Part shown: one piece after another, positions 20,846-33,554 of the stretch
How positions within the stretch are numbered: the stretch's first letter is position 1
Layout of the letters: each line of letters opens with the position of its first letter
Source of the DNA: Escherichia phage T4
DNA: 64,000 nt
Sequence record: NC_000866.4
Direction: 5' to 3' (one strand)
Notes under the pieces: generated by a model
What the model was told of the DNA's origin: nothing
What the model saw: the letters and a program-made list of their open reading frames with translations, nothing else
Databases searched by the model: none
Made by a program: the position numbers and the translations under genes

Positions 20846-22305
20846 AGACCAGTTACCTCATGAAAATCACCAAATACATCTTCGAATGTATTAGCTTTAG
20901 TTTTATCTTCACGTAAACGAATCGCAATCGGAAGAAATAATTTAACGTAATCAGTGCGGCCATCAGATTTTAACCAACCGTTGCATTCGCACTCTAGAAT
21001 TTTTCCAATATAATAATTTTGGTTTTCCATAATGCGAGTACGGTCAAGTTCATGCGATTTTACACCGGCTTTATCTTTTAAGCCTGAACCAGCATTTACC
21101 TTAATTTTTCCACACTCTGACTCAAGAATAAATCCACCCGCTTTAGTAGGGTCTTTACGGTGAGGATAAATTCCTACAATTTTTAAATCAACATCAATTA
21201 CTTCTTTAAATTTATAAAGATTTTTTGAACGAGCATTTTCCCATAATCCATCGATATTTTTGAGAATAATACCTTCAAGACCTTGGTCAATATACTTTTT
21301 ATAAATTACCTTAGCTTCATCTAGGTTATTTACTACCTGGTTTTCAATTAAAATTACTTTATCATATCCAGATGTCATTTGTTCTAGTTTAGAAAAACGT
21401 ACATCATATTTCAAACGAAATGCAGGAAGACTGTATATTTCTACCAACGGGACATAATCCCAGACCTGAAACTTCATGCATTGTGCTTCTTTTTCAGAAA
21501 TGGTTCCCTTTAAAGATTTATTGGCGATTCCATTAGAAGCAGTACGTGATTCAGCTACTTCGGCGAATTCTTTAGCTTTACTGTTTTCAGGATAAGCATC
21601 AAAAAGAAAATCTAGGCCTTCTGGCTCCTTTTTAACTTGCTCATGGTATACCAATTCGCCATCAATCAACACACCTTCTGGATGAATCTGGCGGGCTTCA
21701 GCGGTCATTTTAATTAACTCTTCCTTAAGAAGATCTAATCCTAGATATTCATTACCAGCTCGTGATAAAAGACGAACATCATCTAATTCATCACCTCTAA
21801 CTTCAGCAAAACACCGAGCTCCATCAGCTTTTAACTGAGCAAAGGCTGGAAATTTGATATTCTTATTAATGCCTTTTTCATCATAAGAACTTGCGAGCAT
21901 TTGAGGTTGTTCAGGAATTAAACCTGGCCAAACTTTGTTTGCAATAGATACTGAAGCACCACATTCAAGGTCTCGCATCATCACTCGACGCAAAACTTCA
22001 ACATCATCTTTTTTACCATCGGTGATATATCCAGTTAATTCCTCAATTGCTGCATTTCCAGTCAATTTCCGAGTAGCTAATGTGAATTCAATGAAGTCAA
22101 GCATATCGGTAAGAGTCAACATTCCAAAACTCTGGGTAGCAATACCAGGTTTAGGCCATTTCTTGATATAATACTGTAACCCACGAGAATAAGTCAGACG
22201 ATATACTCGTTTAAGCAATTCATTATCTTTATTCTTTTCAAGAATTGCTTGCTTCTGTTTAGTTGAACCAATAGATGCTATTTCGTTCAGAATTTTAAGA
22301 ATCAT
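20842..22305 (-). CDS. 30: ATP-dependent DNA ligase gp30
   Basis: 487-aa ORF recognised as T4 DNA ligase (MILKILNEIASIGSTKQKQAILEKNKDN...). Confidence 0.95.
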   Translation of the reverse strand: MILKILNEIASIGSTKQKQAILEKNKDNELLKRVYRLTYSRGLQYYIKKWPKPGIATQSFGMLTLTDMLDFIEFTLATRKLTGNAAIEELTGYITDGKKDDVEVLRRVMMRDLECGASVSIANKVWPGLIPEQPQMLASSYDEKGINKNIKFPAFAQLKADGARCFAEVRGDELDDVRLLSRAGNEYLGLDLLKEELIKMTAEARQIHPEGVLIDGELVYHEQVKKEPEGLDFLFDAYPENSKAKEFAEVAESRTASNGIANKSLKGTISEKEAQCMKFQVWDYVPLVEIYSLPAFRLKYDVRFSKLEQMTSGYDKVILIENQVVNNLDEAKVIYKKYIDQGLEGIILKNIDGLWENARSKNLYKFKEVIDVDLKIVGIYPHRKDPTKAGGFILESECGKIKVNAGSGLKDKAGVKSHELDRTRIMENQNYYIGKILECECNGWLKSDGRTDYVKLFLPIAIRLREDKTKANTFEDVFGDFHEVTGL

Positions 22306-22571
22306 TGTTCATCCTTTAGAGTTTGGTTTACAGCTCTATTATAAATCAATTCATCATTAAGCTCAGTCAAAGACCTGTGGTACGTGGTTCTAACTTTATT
22401 TCCTTGCATCCAGTGCTTGATATAAATGAAACCTTGCTCTACACATTTTTTAAAAATTCGTTCGTCTTTTTGAGCTCGGAATTCTGGATTGCATCTAAAA
22501 AATTGATTTACGTGACCGTAATCACGTGTAGTATTACCTTCATTTTCATAAATAGTGTGAACAACAAACAT
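22302..22571 (-). CDS. hypothetical protein (T4 30.1 position)
   Basis: 89-aa ORF, overlapping stop/start with neighbours. Confidence 0.6.
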   Translation of the reverse strand: MFVVHTIYENEGNTTRDYGHVNQFFRCNPEFRAQKDERIFKKCVEQGFIYIKHWMQGNKVRTTYHRSLTELNDELIYNRAVNQTLKDEQ

Positions 22572-23407
22572 TAGAATGCTCCTTGGAAAATATTATCACC
22601 ACAAGTAGGTCTATTATACAAATACTCTATACCGCCGGGCTTAATATAGTTCCATGTCTGAAACGGATGCGTCTGATATGGATGATATGGATTATAAGGA
22701 TTAAATCCAGGAGTTCTCCAGGTAGTGTTCCAAGGAAAAGAATCGTTTTTAATCATCTTTTCAATTACATCTTTTATAGCTTTTTCACTATCAAAACTTT
22801 CTTTATTTTCCTTTGGTGAAAAAAGCTTATTCTCTACATCGTTCCATGTATAAACTCGCTGAGCAGTTTTTGGAATATTGTCACGCTCTCCTCGAGCCAT
22901 CCAATACACAGGAACACGTAATATTTCACTCGCGTGATCGCAGTGGTGAGCGAGATCGTCAATATAACAAATTACGTTATATTTCTCTTTTGCTTTTTTG
23001 AACAACTCTTCTTTTGAAGAATCATGACTACACATCAGTACTTCTGAGAAAGCACCAGGAAAAAGAGCATTCAAATTAAATTGACGATTTAATAGAGCGT
23101 CAATAGAATCACCCAATGCTGTAACAGCAACAAAATTATAATCTTCTTTTAATTTGTTAATTACACACAGAGCATCTTTATATGGAGACAAGTAACGAAT
23201 AAAATCCGAACGATTGTATTTTTCAATTAACTTGACGCCAAGTTCTTCATCACAGTTAAAGAGTTTACCAGGAGAAATAAATTTCTCATCTTGGATCATT
23301 TTTAAAATATGTTCTAACGGAAGATTATATTTCTGAGCAAAATAAGGAAGGCCTGATTGCCAGCTTAAACATACTCCATCAATATCAGTTAAAATAGTAG
23401 GCTTCAT
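22571..23407 (-). CDS. HAD-superfamily hydrolase-like protein (T4 30.2 position)
   Basis: 278-aa ORF; N-terminal ILTDIDGV resembles HAD motif I (DxDGT/V). Confidence 0.6.
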   Translation of the reverse strand: MKPTILTDIDGVCLSWQSGLPYFAQKYNLPLEHILKMIQDEKFISPGKLFNCDEELGVKLIEKYNRSDFIRYLSPYKDALCVINKLKEDYNFVAVTALGDSIDALLNRQFNLNALFPGAFSEVLMCSHDSSKEELFKKAKEKYNVICYIDDLAHHCDHASEILRVPVYWMARGERDNIPKTAQRVYTWNDVENKLFSPKENKESFDSEKAIKDVIEKMIKNDSFPWNTTWRTPGFNPYNPYHPYQTHPFQTWNYIKPGGIEYLYNRPTCGDNIFQGAF

Positions 23408-23868
23408 AGAGAGTCTCTTAATAGGTTTAACACATCAATAAATTCAGCTTCGGTTAGTATTGTATCATCTTTTGTTAGACCACTAGCAATGCTGTGCTTC
23501 AAAACTTTTCCTTTCGAGGCTTGTAATGCATCACGAAAGCCCTTGTTTTGAATCGCTGCTTCAAAATATGCATTTGTGTATAATTCTTTCCACGCCGGGG
23601 AGTATCTTGAAAACGGAACTCCAAGCCAAAAGAGGGTCCCACGGTCCTGAGCTCTAGCATAAGACCTTCCAGCTTGTTGGGCGGCAAGCCCGGATAACCC
23701 AAATATACGACGTTGTTGTTCAACATTTTTCACCTTACACCCTTGGAGGAATCCTTCAAGACCTCCAAATTGAATACCATCCATAACGAAAGGCCATTGG
23801 GCGAAATTACTTAATGCACATGATGGCCACCTAAAATTGCTTCTAATCTCTAACTCAGACATTTTCAA
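23404..23868 (-). CDS. hypothetical protein (T4 30.3 position)
   Basis: 154-aa ORF. Confidence 0.6.
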   Translation of the reverse strand: MKMSELEIRSNFRWPSCALSNFAQWPFVMDGIQFGGLEGFLQGCKVKNVEQQRRIFGLSGLAAQQAGRSYARAQDRGTLFWLGVPFSRYSPAWKELYTNAYFEAAIQNKGFRDALQASKGKVLKHSIASGLTKDDTILTEAEFIDVLNLLRDSL

Positions 23869-24061
23869 TGCTTATAATTTCAACATCAGCCCAATGACCA
23901 TAGCAAGGAAGACGAAATTCAACTGGCCAGTTAGGGTCCCTTTCTAATATAATAGACTCAACTTGTGGTTCTTCGTGTTCATCAGTATACGGATTTTTAT
24001 CTGTTACTTTATATGTGACCTTAATGTACTGAATTCCAAAAATCTTATTAATTATATTCAT
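23855..24061 (-). CDS. hypothetical protein (T4 30.3' position)
   Basis: 68-aa ORF. Confidence 0.5.
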   Translation of the reverse strand: MNIINKIFGIQYIKVTYKVTDKNPYTDEHEEPQVESIILERDPNWPVEFRLPCYGHWADVEIISIENV

Positions 24062-24255
24062 ACTAATTCCTTTAATCCGTAGATAGGAGATAATTCATCA
24101 CCCATACGAAGGTCTTCATTTCCATCTACCCAGGAAACAATATAAGCCTCTTTTATTTGAATACCACTCCATTTAAATGGAGGTAGAACCTTAGAAATTA
24201 ATCCAGGTATACCAACTCCCTTTAATTCAACAGTTTGACCTAAAAAGAATTTCAT
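24058..24255 (-). CDS. hypothetical protein (T4 30.4 position)
   Basis: 65-aa ORF. Confidence 0.5.
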   Translation of the reverse strand: MKFFLGQTVELKGVGIPGLISKVLPPFKWSGIQIKEAYIVSWVDGNEDLRMGDELSPIYGLKELV

Positions 24256-24542
24256 TAGAACCTCATCTGAAAACCGTGCGATTTAACATTACCGCCGCCA
24301 ATATCAGAAATGTTAATTTCACGCGCAATTGAAGGGTCAATGTCAATTTCACGATTGAGTTTAGTGATAGCTAAAGTATCACGCCCATTTACAGTACGGA
24401 ACTCTAAAGGACAAACCACATCAACGTAGTTTTTAATCGATTCGCTAGTAAGTTGCAAATGTGCAGGAAGGTCTTTAGGTGCCTTTGAGAAAACCACTTC
24501 ACAGAAATTTTTGCGGGTATCAAAATAAGTAGTCATAAACAT
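24255..24542 (-). CDS. hypothetical protein (T4 30.5 position)
   Basis: 95-aa ORF. Confidence 0.55.
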   Translation of the reverse strand: MFMTTYFDTRKNFCEVVFSKAPKDLPAHLQLTSESIKNYVDVVCPLEFRTVNGRDTLAITKLNREIDIDPSIAREINISDIGGGNVKSHGFQMRF

Positions 24543-24583
24543 AATATTTTCCTCAGTAAGGGGCTGAAGCCCCTCATTTTATT

Positions 24584-24949
24584 TTAAATATCAAATTCAT
24601 TAAGAACTACATCAAAGATTGCTTCAAGATGCTCAGGTTTAGCTCTGTTACTCAGAATATGACGAATCCAAGTTTTAACTAAGAGTTTACGATTAGCACC
24701 ATTCCAGCAAGGATGAGTCCCTAAATCGCGTTGGCGGAAATCATCATCCAGAGCGATTTTGAAGTTGGAACCTTTCATCGTGATTGAAACCGTGATACCG
24801 TTTTCAAATCGCATATAAACGTAGTTAGGAGTCATATACTGTTCAATTTCGCATACTGATCCATTTTGATGTTTCCAGAGGCAAATAGTATCAATAGAAC
24901 CTGCAATACCATTAGAAACATATTTACGTTCAAAGTTAATGTAGTTCAT
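24584..24949 (-). CDS. hypothetical protein (T4 30.6 position)
   Basis: 121-aa ORF. Confidence 0.55.
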   Translation of the reverse strand: MNYINFERKYVSNGIAGSIDTICLWKHQNGSVCEIEQYMTPNYVYMRFENGITVSITMKGSNFKIALDDDFRQRDLGTHPCWNGANRKLLVKTWIRHILSNRAKPEHLEAIFDVVLNEFDI

Positions 24950-25017
24950 TTTTATTCTCCGAGATGTTTAATTGCGGTACAGGTATATAATATCATATCC
25001 TGTACCAAAGTAAACAA

Positions 25018-25350
25018 TTATTTTACTACTTTCCAATGCTGCATGTCAAGTTTACCAACTTTTTTCATCTTCTCAATTAAGCGTTCTGCACGTTGGCGAG
25101 CTGTAACATAATGCCATTCGCCTAATTCATTTTGTTCAATTTTTCCAACGATTACTGTATTCAATTCATAAATCCAACCAGTAAAGAAATTATGAACTTG
25201 AATTGTAAAGGTGAAATCTGTTCCCATACCTTCTGTTGTTTCTACTTCAATAATATCACCTTCAACTGCCATTAAGAACCACATAGTTTCATCATATTTA
25301 CCATTGAAGCATTTAGTTTTAACTGCAGCGTTCAGATTAATCGTTTTCAT
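25018..25350 (-). CDS. hypothetical protein (T4 30.7 position)
   Basis: 110-aa ORF preceded by an early-promoter-like element. Confidence 0.6.
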   Translation of the reverse strand: MKTINLNAAVKTKCFNGKYDETMWFLMAVEGDIIEVETTEGMGTDFTFTIQVHNFFTGWIYELNTVIVGKIEQNELGEWHYVTARQRAERLIEKMKKVGKLDMQHWKVVK

Positions 25351-25369
25351 TTTATTCTCCTTTGTTTGT

Positions 25370-25410
25370 GTAAGATAATACTATCACAAAGGAACTATAC
25401 TGTAAACAAC
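25370..25410 (-). promoter_or_regulatory. T4-type early promoter upstream of the 30.7-position ORF
   Basis: minus strand GTTTACA, spacer, TAGTATTAT, then AAGGAG ribosome-binding site. Confidence 0.55.
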
Positions 25411-25436
25411 TTTGTGCAATCTTTGGAAAATAAAAA

Positions 25437-25456
25437 AGGACTCCCGAAGGAGTCCT
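25437..25456 (-). terminator. Rho-independent terminator after the 30.9-position ORF
   Basis: GGACTCC-cgaa-GGAGTCC followed on minus strand by UUUUUUAUUUU. Confidence 0.65.
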
Positions 25457-25460
25457 CAAC

Positions 25461-25637
25461 TTATGCTTTCTGCTTACCAAAACGAGAAGCATCATCTCGA
25501 AGAACCGCACGTGCTCGGCGCATGATCTTCTCAACAGTTTGATTGATACGAGAGTTCGACCCACGCTTGTAGCCAGCGCGTTTAGAATCACCAACTTTCT
25601 TTTCAACTGCTTTCTTTGCTTTAGCTTGTTTTGCCAT
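25461..25637 (-). CDS. small highly basic protein (T4 30.8/30.9 position)
   Basis: 58 aa from the internal ATG (MAKQAKAKKAVEKK...); track ORF extends 14 codons further upstream with no ribosome-binding site. Confidence 0.5.
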   Translation of the reverse strand: MAKQAKAKKAVEKKVGDSKRAGYKRGSNSRINQTVEKIMRRARAVLRDDASRFGKQKA

Positions 25638-25881
25638 TATAAATTCTCTTTTAAATGAAAATGCAGGACTTATTGGCATTGCCTGCGCAAGCCCTCAAGG
25701 GGAACATAGGTTTTTGGATATTTAACGACCAGGATAACCATAAACCCGTCATCATTCACATTCAAGAGGTACACCGTAAAACTGTCGGGGTCTTAAAACT
25801 ATAATGATTCGCAAATCATTAATCAGACAGTTCGACGGCTCCTCGATTTAGCTCACACTAAGGCAGTGAATCTCCAATAAA

Positions 25882-26130
25882 TTACTTCAGTGTTACCACA
25901 AAGTGACGAACTGCTTTTCGTGCAGCAGAAGCCAGAGGCTTAGCATATTTAAGTTCATCTTTTTCCTGAAGCTCAGCAGCTAATGCAGTTTGAGCAGGAT
26001 TCAGATGTTTGAAATAACGCAGGATTTCAAGAGCTTCGGCTTCAACATCAATAGATGCGCCATAGTTTTCGTGACCATTATTCCATGCGTTTCGTTGCAG
26101 TTCAAGAGCGTGTTGTAATTGTTTAATCAT
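25882..26130 (-). CDS. rIII: rIII lysis-inhibition accessory protein
   Basis: 82-aa ORF recognised as T4 RIII. Confidence 0.85.
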   Translation of the reverse strand: MIKQLQHALELQRNAWNNGHENYGASIDVEAEALEILRYFKHLNPAQTALAAELQEKDELKYAKPLASAARKAVRHFVVTLK

Positions 26131-26277
26131 TTAAAAATTCTCGTTAGAGATTAAAACTCGGTAGTCACGTTCTTCTGAATTTCATCTTCTTTCGACAGAT
26201 CTCTCAGTTGTAGACTACCACATAGAATTGTTCGGTTAACTTATTATTCCGACACCCAATTCATATTATTATTTATA

Positions 26278-26613
26278 TCACTTATAAAGACACGGAATAG
26301 CTTTATAGTGACAGGTAACGAATTTTTGTTTAATTTCTTTTGGCTGCTTAAGACCCAGAGCTACAAAAGGATGCGGAACATTTCGAATTTGACCAACTGG
26401 AAGAGAAGTCAAATCACCAACTTCGCAGAAACCTTCAGGAACATCAGGACCGACAGAGTGAACTACACACAGTTCAGGAACTTCACCTTGAACACGTTTA
26501 CCGATAATAAGTCCTGATTCTGTAACTTCTTCATCACCGGCTTGTGCAGGTTCAGAAACTAAAATAACATATTCACCGACAGCACGAATTGGTAGCTGTT
26601 GTACTTCAGACAT
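26278..26613 (-). CDS. 31: gp31 co-chaperonin (GroES-like)
   Basis: 111-aa ORF recognised as T4 gp31. Confidence 0.92.
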
Positions 26614-26669
26614 CGTTTTTCCTTTTTGTTAACAGATGAATTAATAATAACAAATAGTTCTTAAAGCAT

Positions 26670-26978
26670 TTATTTACCAATAAATTGAAGCAAATGCTCA
26701 ACTTTCATACCATTAACGGAAATCAATTTGTCAATAGAAAAACCTCGCCACGCACCAAGCTCAACATCAAATACTGGAATCATGTCAGTAGATTCTTTCC
26801 GAGTAGATTCAGTCAATTTGCCAGTTTGCATGGTTGGCATAAAGTCTGCATCACGAGTACCTTTCATAGTACGAATAGTACCATCAGACTTTTCAAAAAC
26901 TACGTTTGAAACACCCATGGACAATTTAGTTTTCAAAATTTCACGAATTGCTACTTTCTGCTCAGTTGTCAGTTTCAT
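26670..26978 (-). CDS. hypothetical protein (T4 31.1 position)
   Basis: 102-aa ORF. Confidence 0.6.
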   Translation of the reverse strand: MKLTTEQKVAIREILKTKLSMGVSNVVFEKSDGTIRTMKGTRDADFMPTMQTGKLTESTRKESTDMIPVFDVELGAWRGFSIDKLISVNGMKVEHLLQFIGK

Positions 26979-27215
26979 TTATTTACCTATTACAGTTTTA
27001 ATATGAGTTGTTCCACGTTCTTTAAGGGTGGAAAGTAATTTTTGGCATTTTTCTAAATCAGATTTCCAACTATATGGTCTATCAATACAAACCCAATTTG
27101 TCTTATAATACTGTTTCCATTTAGAGAAAAAATATTTCTTATACTCTACAGCAAATGAGATGTTCTCGTTAGAATAAGAACTAATTGCTGTGAGTTTTAC
27201 CAAACGAAATTTCAT
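26979..27215 (-). CDS. hypothetical protein (T4 31.2 position)
   Basis: 78-aa ORF. Confidence 0.55.
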   Translation of the reverse strand: MKFRLVKLTAISSYSNENISFAVEYKKYFFSKWKQYYKTNWVCIDRPYSWKSDLEKCQKLLSTLKERGTTHIKTVIGK

Positions 27216-27796
27216 TATTCACCACAGAATTCGTTGATATTTTCCCAGTTTAACTTATTCAAGTTTTTCTTAGGAACATTAAACACTTCAATACCTGCAT
27301 TTCGCAGAATATCATCCCAACCGGGTTTATTTTTGTCGTATGTTTCACAATAAACCAGCTTTTTAATACCAGATTGAGCTATCGCTTTTGCGCAATCTGG
27401 ACAAGGAGAAAGTGTTACATACATAGTAGCACCTTCAATAGAAGAACCATTTCGTGCAGCAAACAAAATTGCATTTAGTTCAGCATGAATTTCATTTTTA
27501 GATGACCATTCCGAGTGAGCACTACGATGTTCTTTCGCCAAAACAAAACGATCAGTTGAACCAAATGATACGCATTCAGGCTTATGACCTTGAATGATAG
27601 CATGTTTAGGCTTATTCAACAACCATCCTTGCTCAGCAGCATAATCACAACAGTTCACACCCCCTGCGGGTGAACCATTATACCCAGTAGAAATAATACG
27701 TCCATTCTTTTCAATTACTGCTCCTACCTTCCAGGAGCAACATTTTGATTCCTGCGATACTAAATATGCAATTTGAAGTACTGTACTCGCTTTCAT
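27215..27796 (-). CDS. cd: dCMP deaminase
   Basis: 193-aa ORF with cytidine/dCMP deaminase zinc motifs (HAE...PCxxC). Confidence 0.92.
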   Translation of the reverse strand: MKASTVLQIAYLVSQESKCCSWKVGAVIEKNGRIISTGYNGSPAGGVNCCDYAAEQGWLLNKPKHAIIQGHKPECVSFGSTDRFVLAKEHRSAHSEWSSKNEIHAELNAILFAARNGSSIEGATMYVTLSPCPDCAKAIAQSGIKKLVYCETYDKNKPGWDDILRNAGIEVFNVPKKNLNKLNWENINEFCGE

Positions 27797-28131
27797 TTCA
27801 TAATCACCAGATAAGCAGATTTAGCAGTTTCAACACGATAAATTTCGTGACGAAGTTTAGTTATACTTTTAATAACAGAACTAATTATATTCTGCCCATC
27901 TTTAAAGCGGTTTTTCTTATCAATAAAAACTGCGCCAGTCATCTTTTTGTGAAGCTCAACTGGATACTTCGTCACAATAATAGCATCATACACAGAAGGA
28001 TGAATACTATTCACCAGAGTATCATTCATTAAAGTTATTCTAATGAACTGTGCTGTTTCAGAATCAAGCGCTCTATGATCGCCAGTATCATTTTCAAGAC
28101 AATTATCAATTATATCAGTTAAATTCATCAT
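27793..28131 (-). CDS. hypothetical protein (cd.1 position)
   Basis: 112-aa ORF. Confidence 0.55.
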   Translation of the reverse strand: MMNLTDIIDNCLENDTGDHRALDSETAQFIRITLMNDTLVNSIHPSVYDAIIVTKYPVELHKKMTGAVFIDKKNRFKDGQNIISSVIKSITKLRHEIYRVETAKSAYLVIMK

Positions 28132-28358
28132 AGTACGCCATACACCCTTTGTGCTTCAACTAATCCATCAAAATCCAGTTTAAGATGCGATATTTGATCG
28201 CCATCACCTGGATTCACAATTACTAATACTGAACGAGGAGTTTCGGTAATAACACGAACCGATGTTTCAGGAAATCGTTCAGAAACCTTATTTACTAATT
28301 CCTGCGCAAATAGTTTAACTTTTTCTTGGAATTCCTTTAACAGTAATCGGTTTTTCAC
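28128..28358 (-). CDS. hypothetical protein (cd.2 position)
   Basis: 76-aa ORF. Confidence 0.5.
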   Translation of the reverse strand: MKNRLLLKEFQEKVKLFAQELVNKVSERFPETSVRVITETPRSVLVIVNPGDGDQISHLKLDFDGLVEAQRVYGVL

Positions 28359-28430
28359 TTAGCAACATTTTGTTTTCCTCATTTGTTTTGGTAGAGCTAT
28401 AATATCACAACTCTACCGTAAAGTAAACCA

Positions 28431-28706
28431 TTAAATCGCTTTGAATTCCGCAGTTTGAGATTCAAAGCGAATATCGCCTTTGATAACAAGCTCAGCATCA
28501 AGACCAAATACGACAATGATATGCGCGGAACCTGGATACAGTGTAATGGCAATAGAATCCACCTGGTCTGGAAGCAAAGTGTTCAATACATGAGTCACTT
28601 GAGCATGGATTCGAAGCTCAGCTGCGTTATCAAGTTTTTCAAACATATTATTAGCGATAATTTGGCTAAACACTACTTCTACGATTTTAGAGTAAGTCGG
28701 AAACAT
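28431..28706 (-). CDS. hypothetical protein (cd.3 position)
   Basis: 91-aa ORF. Confidence 0.5.
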   Translation of the reverse strand: MFPTYSKIVEVVFSQIIANNMFEKLDNAAELRIHAQVTHVLNTLLPDQVDSIAITLYPGSAHIIVVFGLDAELVIKGDIRFESQTAEFKAI

Positions 28707-28708
28707 AT

Positions 28709-28901
28709 TTACCTCACATAATTTTCTTCAAGCCAATCAATAACATCCAACGCATTATCAAAAGTTGAACCATCTACTCTGTCTTCTGTTTCATAATCAA
28801 GAACATCTAGGCCTACTCTTCCGTCAACAATAGGCCATAGACAAAATAGATATTTCTTTTCTTTTTCAATTTTATCACAAAGACGATAAATCTTTTCTAG
28901 G

Positions 28902-28909
<8 letters not shown>
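28709..28909 (-). CDS. hypothetical protein (cd.4 position)
   Basis: 66-aa ORF. Confidence 0.5.
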
Positions 28910-30228
<1,319 letters not shown>

Positions 30229-30232
<4 letters not shown>

Positions 30233-30528
30233 TTACATTTATCCTCTTTTAGCTCTTGACGATAATAACATATCATAGTTTTCTGGTCATGTACATATCG
30301 TTTTACATCATTAAGCCAAATACGAAATTCCTGAGAATCTTCAAATGGCATACCGACCCAGGCTTTACCATCAATAACTTTAACTTGCCAAGATAGTTTA
30401 GCTTCATCATATGACTTTATTTGCACAGGCCAATTAGGATGAACTGTTTCTTTCTTTACTTCTAGAGGCTTTGTCGAACAACCAACTAGAAGACCAATAG
30501 ATAATATTACTGCTGATAGTTTAATCAT
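30229..30528 (-). CDS. Outer-membrane lipoprotein, candidate o-spanin (pseT.2 position)
   Basis: 99 aa; signal peptide ending in lipobox LLVGC-S. Confidence 0.7.
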
Positions 30529-30878
30529 TTAGAAAGGTCCTGGATGTCTTCTGCGAACTTGTTGAAGGAGTTGTTGATTTGTTTTTCAACCAATCCTGGC
30601 TTATGAGCCACCACATCCGCCTTCTTTGCATCTTTGCGCAGTTTTTCATTTTCACGCTCAATAGCAGCAATTGCCTCACGATTTTTATTATTCATCGCAT
30701 CAATATAATTATACTGAATTCGCAAATTATTTAATGCTAAGGCGTTTTCATTGGCCGTTTTTGTAATTTCAGTAACTGATGTTTCTAATCTTTCTACCTT
30801 ATGTTTTAAAATAATAGATGTTCCGCCAAATGCTATTACAAGTAATAGCAATCCAGCTGTAAAATTACTTACATGCAT
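30525..30878 (-). CDS. Candidate i-spanin, N-terminal TM plus coiled coil (pseT.3 position)
   Basis: 117 aa; N-terminal hydrophobic helix FTAGLLLLVIAFGGTSIIL then helical heptad-rich region; overlaps the lipoprotein gene start. Confidence 0.7.
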   Translation of the reverse strand: MHVSNFTAGLLLLVIAFGGTSIILKHKVERLETSVTEITKTANENALALNNLRIQYNYIDAMNNKNREAIAAIERENEKLRKDAKKADVVAHKPGLVEKQINNSFNKFAEDIQDLSK

Positions 30879-31375
30879 AAAGTTTTAATAACCTCTACAA
30901 TATCGTCTTGAGAAAGACCGTTAATTAAAATATGATGTTCAGCTGGAGATTTAGAAATTTTAAAGCATGCCTCAACATCTTCTGCCATATCCGATGCACT
31001 ACGATTTGGATTACTAATACCAAGGCGATGTTTTCCCGTCAAAGGATTAACGATGATATAGCATTTGCAGCTATTGATATGAACATTGGGTTGAGTCTGA
31101 TTAATGAACACTTCACAATCATACTTAGCAAGTTGATTTTCTAAAAAGACTTTCATCTCTTCAACCGCATCAGGAAGCATATCACGGGCTTGCTCAAGAC
31201 GACGATTTCGATATTCTTTAATGGTCGTTTTCCGCTTGACTTGCTTAGCTAAATCTTTCTTAAGACCAGTGATATATCCAACTCGACGATTTCCTTTGAA
31301 TACAGAAATCCCATCTGTAGTATCACCGTATGCTTCAACGACCATTTCAGTAGTAATAAGTTGTAAATCCATCAT
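30869..31375 (-). CDS. alc: Alc, inhibitor of host transcription
   Basis: 168-aa ORF at T4 alc position with recognised N-terminus. Confidence 0.8.
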   Translation of the reverse strand: MMDLQLITTEMVVEAYGDTTDGISVFKGNRRVGYITGLKKDLAKQVKRKTTIKEYRNRRLEQARDMLPDAVEEMKVFLENQLAKYDCEVFINQTQPNVHINSCKCYIIVNPLTGKHRLGISNPNRSASDMAEDVEACFKISKSPAEHHILINGLSQDDIVEVIKTLCM

Positions 31376-31399
31376 AAAGTCCTCATGTTATGTCAGTAA

Positions 31400-31436
31400 G
31401 ACTACTATAACACAACACGAGGGACTTGTAAACAAC

Positions 31437-31438
<2 letters not shown>
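31400..31438 (-). promoter_or_regulatory. T4-type early promoter (duplicate of the module at 18138-18190)
   Basis: GTTTACA, spacer, TATAGT on minus strand; about 53-nt near-identical repeat. Confidence 0.55.
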
Positions 31439-33024
<1,586 letters not shown>

Positions 33025-33051
33025 AATAAAATGGGCCTTGCGGCCCACTCC

Positions 33052-33554
33052 TTAAAAGTATTTTTTAAAACTCATCATAACTTTATCATCAACATCATTA
33101 TCAATCTGTGCAACAAGGTAAGATGACAGTTCTACTTCTTGCGGCGCGGATTGAACATTATCAGAATTAAGATATTCACGAATCCAAGGATATGGATGTT
33201 TAACCGGAGCATCGGTAATTGGGCATGGAAGACCGCACTGTTTCATACGAGATACAGTTAAGTAATCAATAAAGCTCCACATGCTATTTGTATTTAATCC
33301 AGGAACATCACCATCTTTAAATAAATGAACTGCCCAGTCTTTTTCCTGGCGGTTAACTTCCATGAAAATATCAACTGCTTCTTGTTCACACTCTTGGGCA
33401 ATTTTAACCCATTCATCACCATCAGTACCGGATTGAAGTTGACGAATAATATATTGGGTGCCTTTAAGGTGAAGCTGTTCATCACGTGCAATGAACTTCA
33501 TAATCTTGGCATTACCTTCCATGATTTCCATGTTCTTATGGAAGTTAAAGGTAC
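33052..33554 (-). CDS. nrdB: Ribonucleotide reductase small subunit NrdB, exon 2
   Basis: C-terminal NrdB sequence (MEGNAKIMKFIARDEQLHL...); 3-prime splice site placed after intron-terminal G so the junction reads VSFA-C-TFNF. Confidence 0.85.

Noticed and set aside
25352-25606. 84-aa minus-strand ORF from the supplied track
   Set aside because: It overlaps the small basic ORF in another frame and spans both a strong terminator hairpin (25437-25456) and an early-promoter-like element (25370-25410); more likely non-coding.
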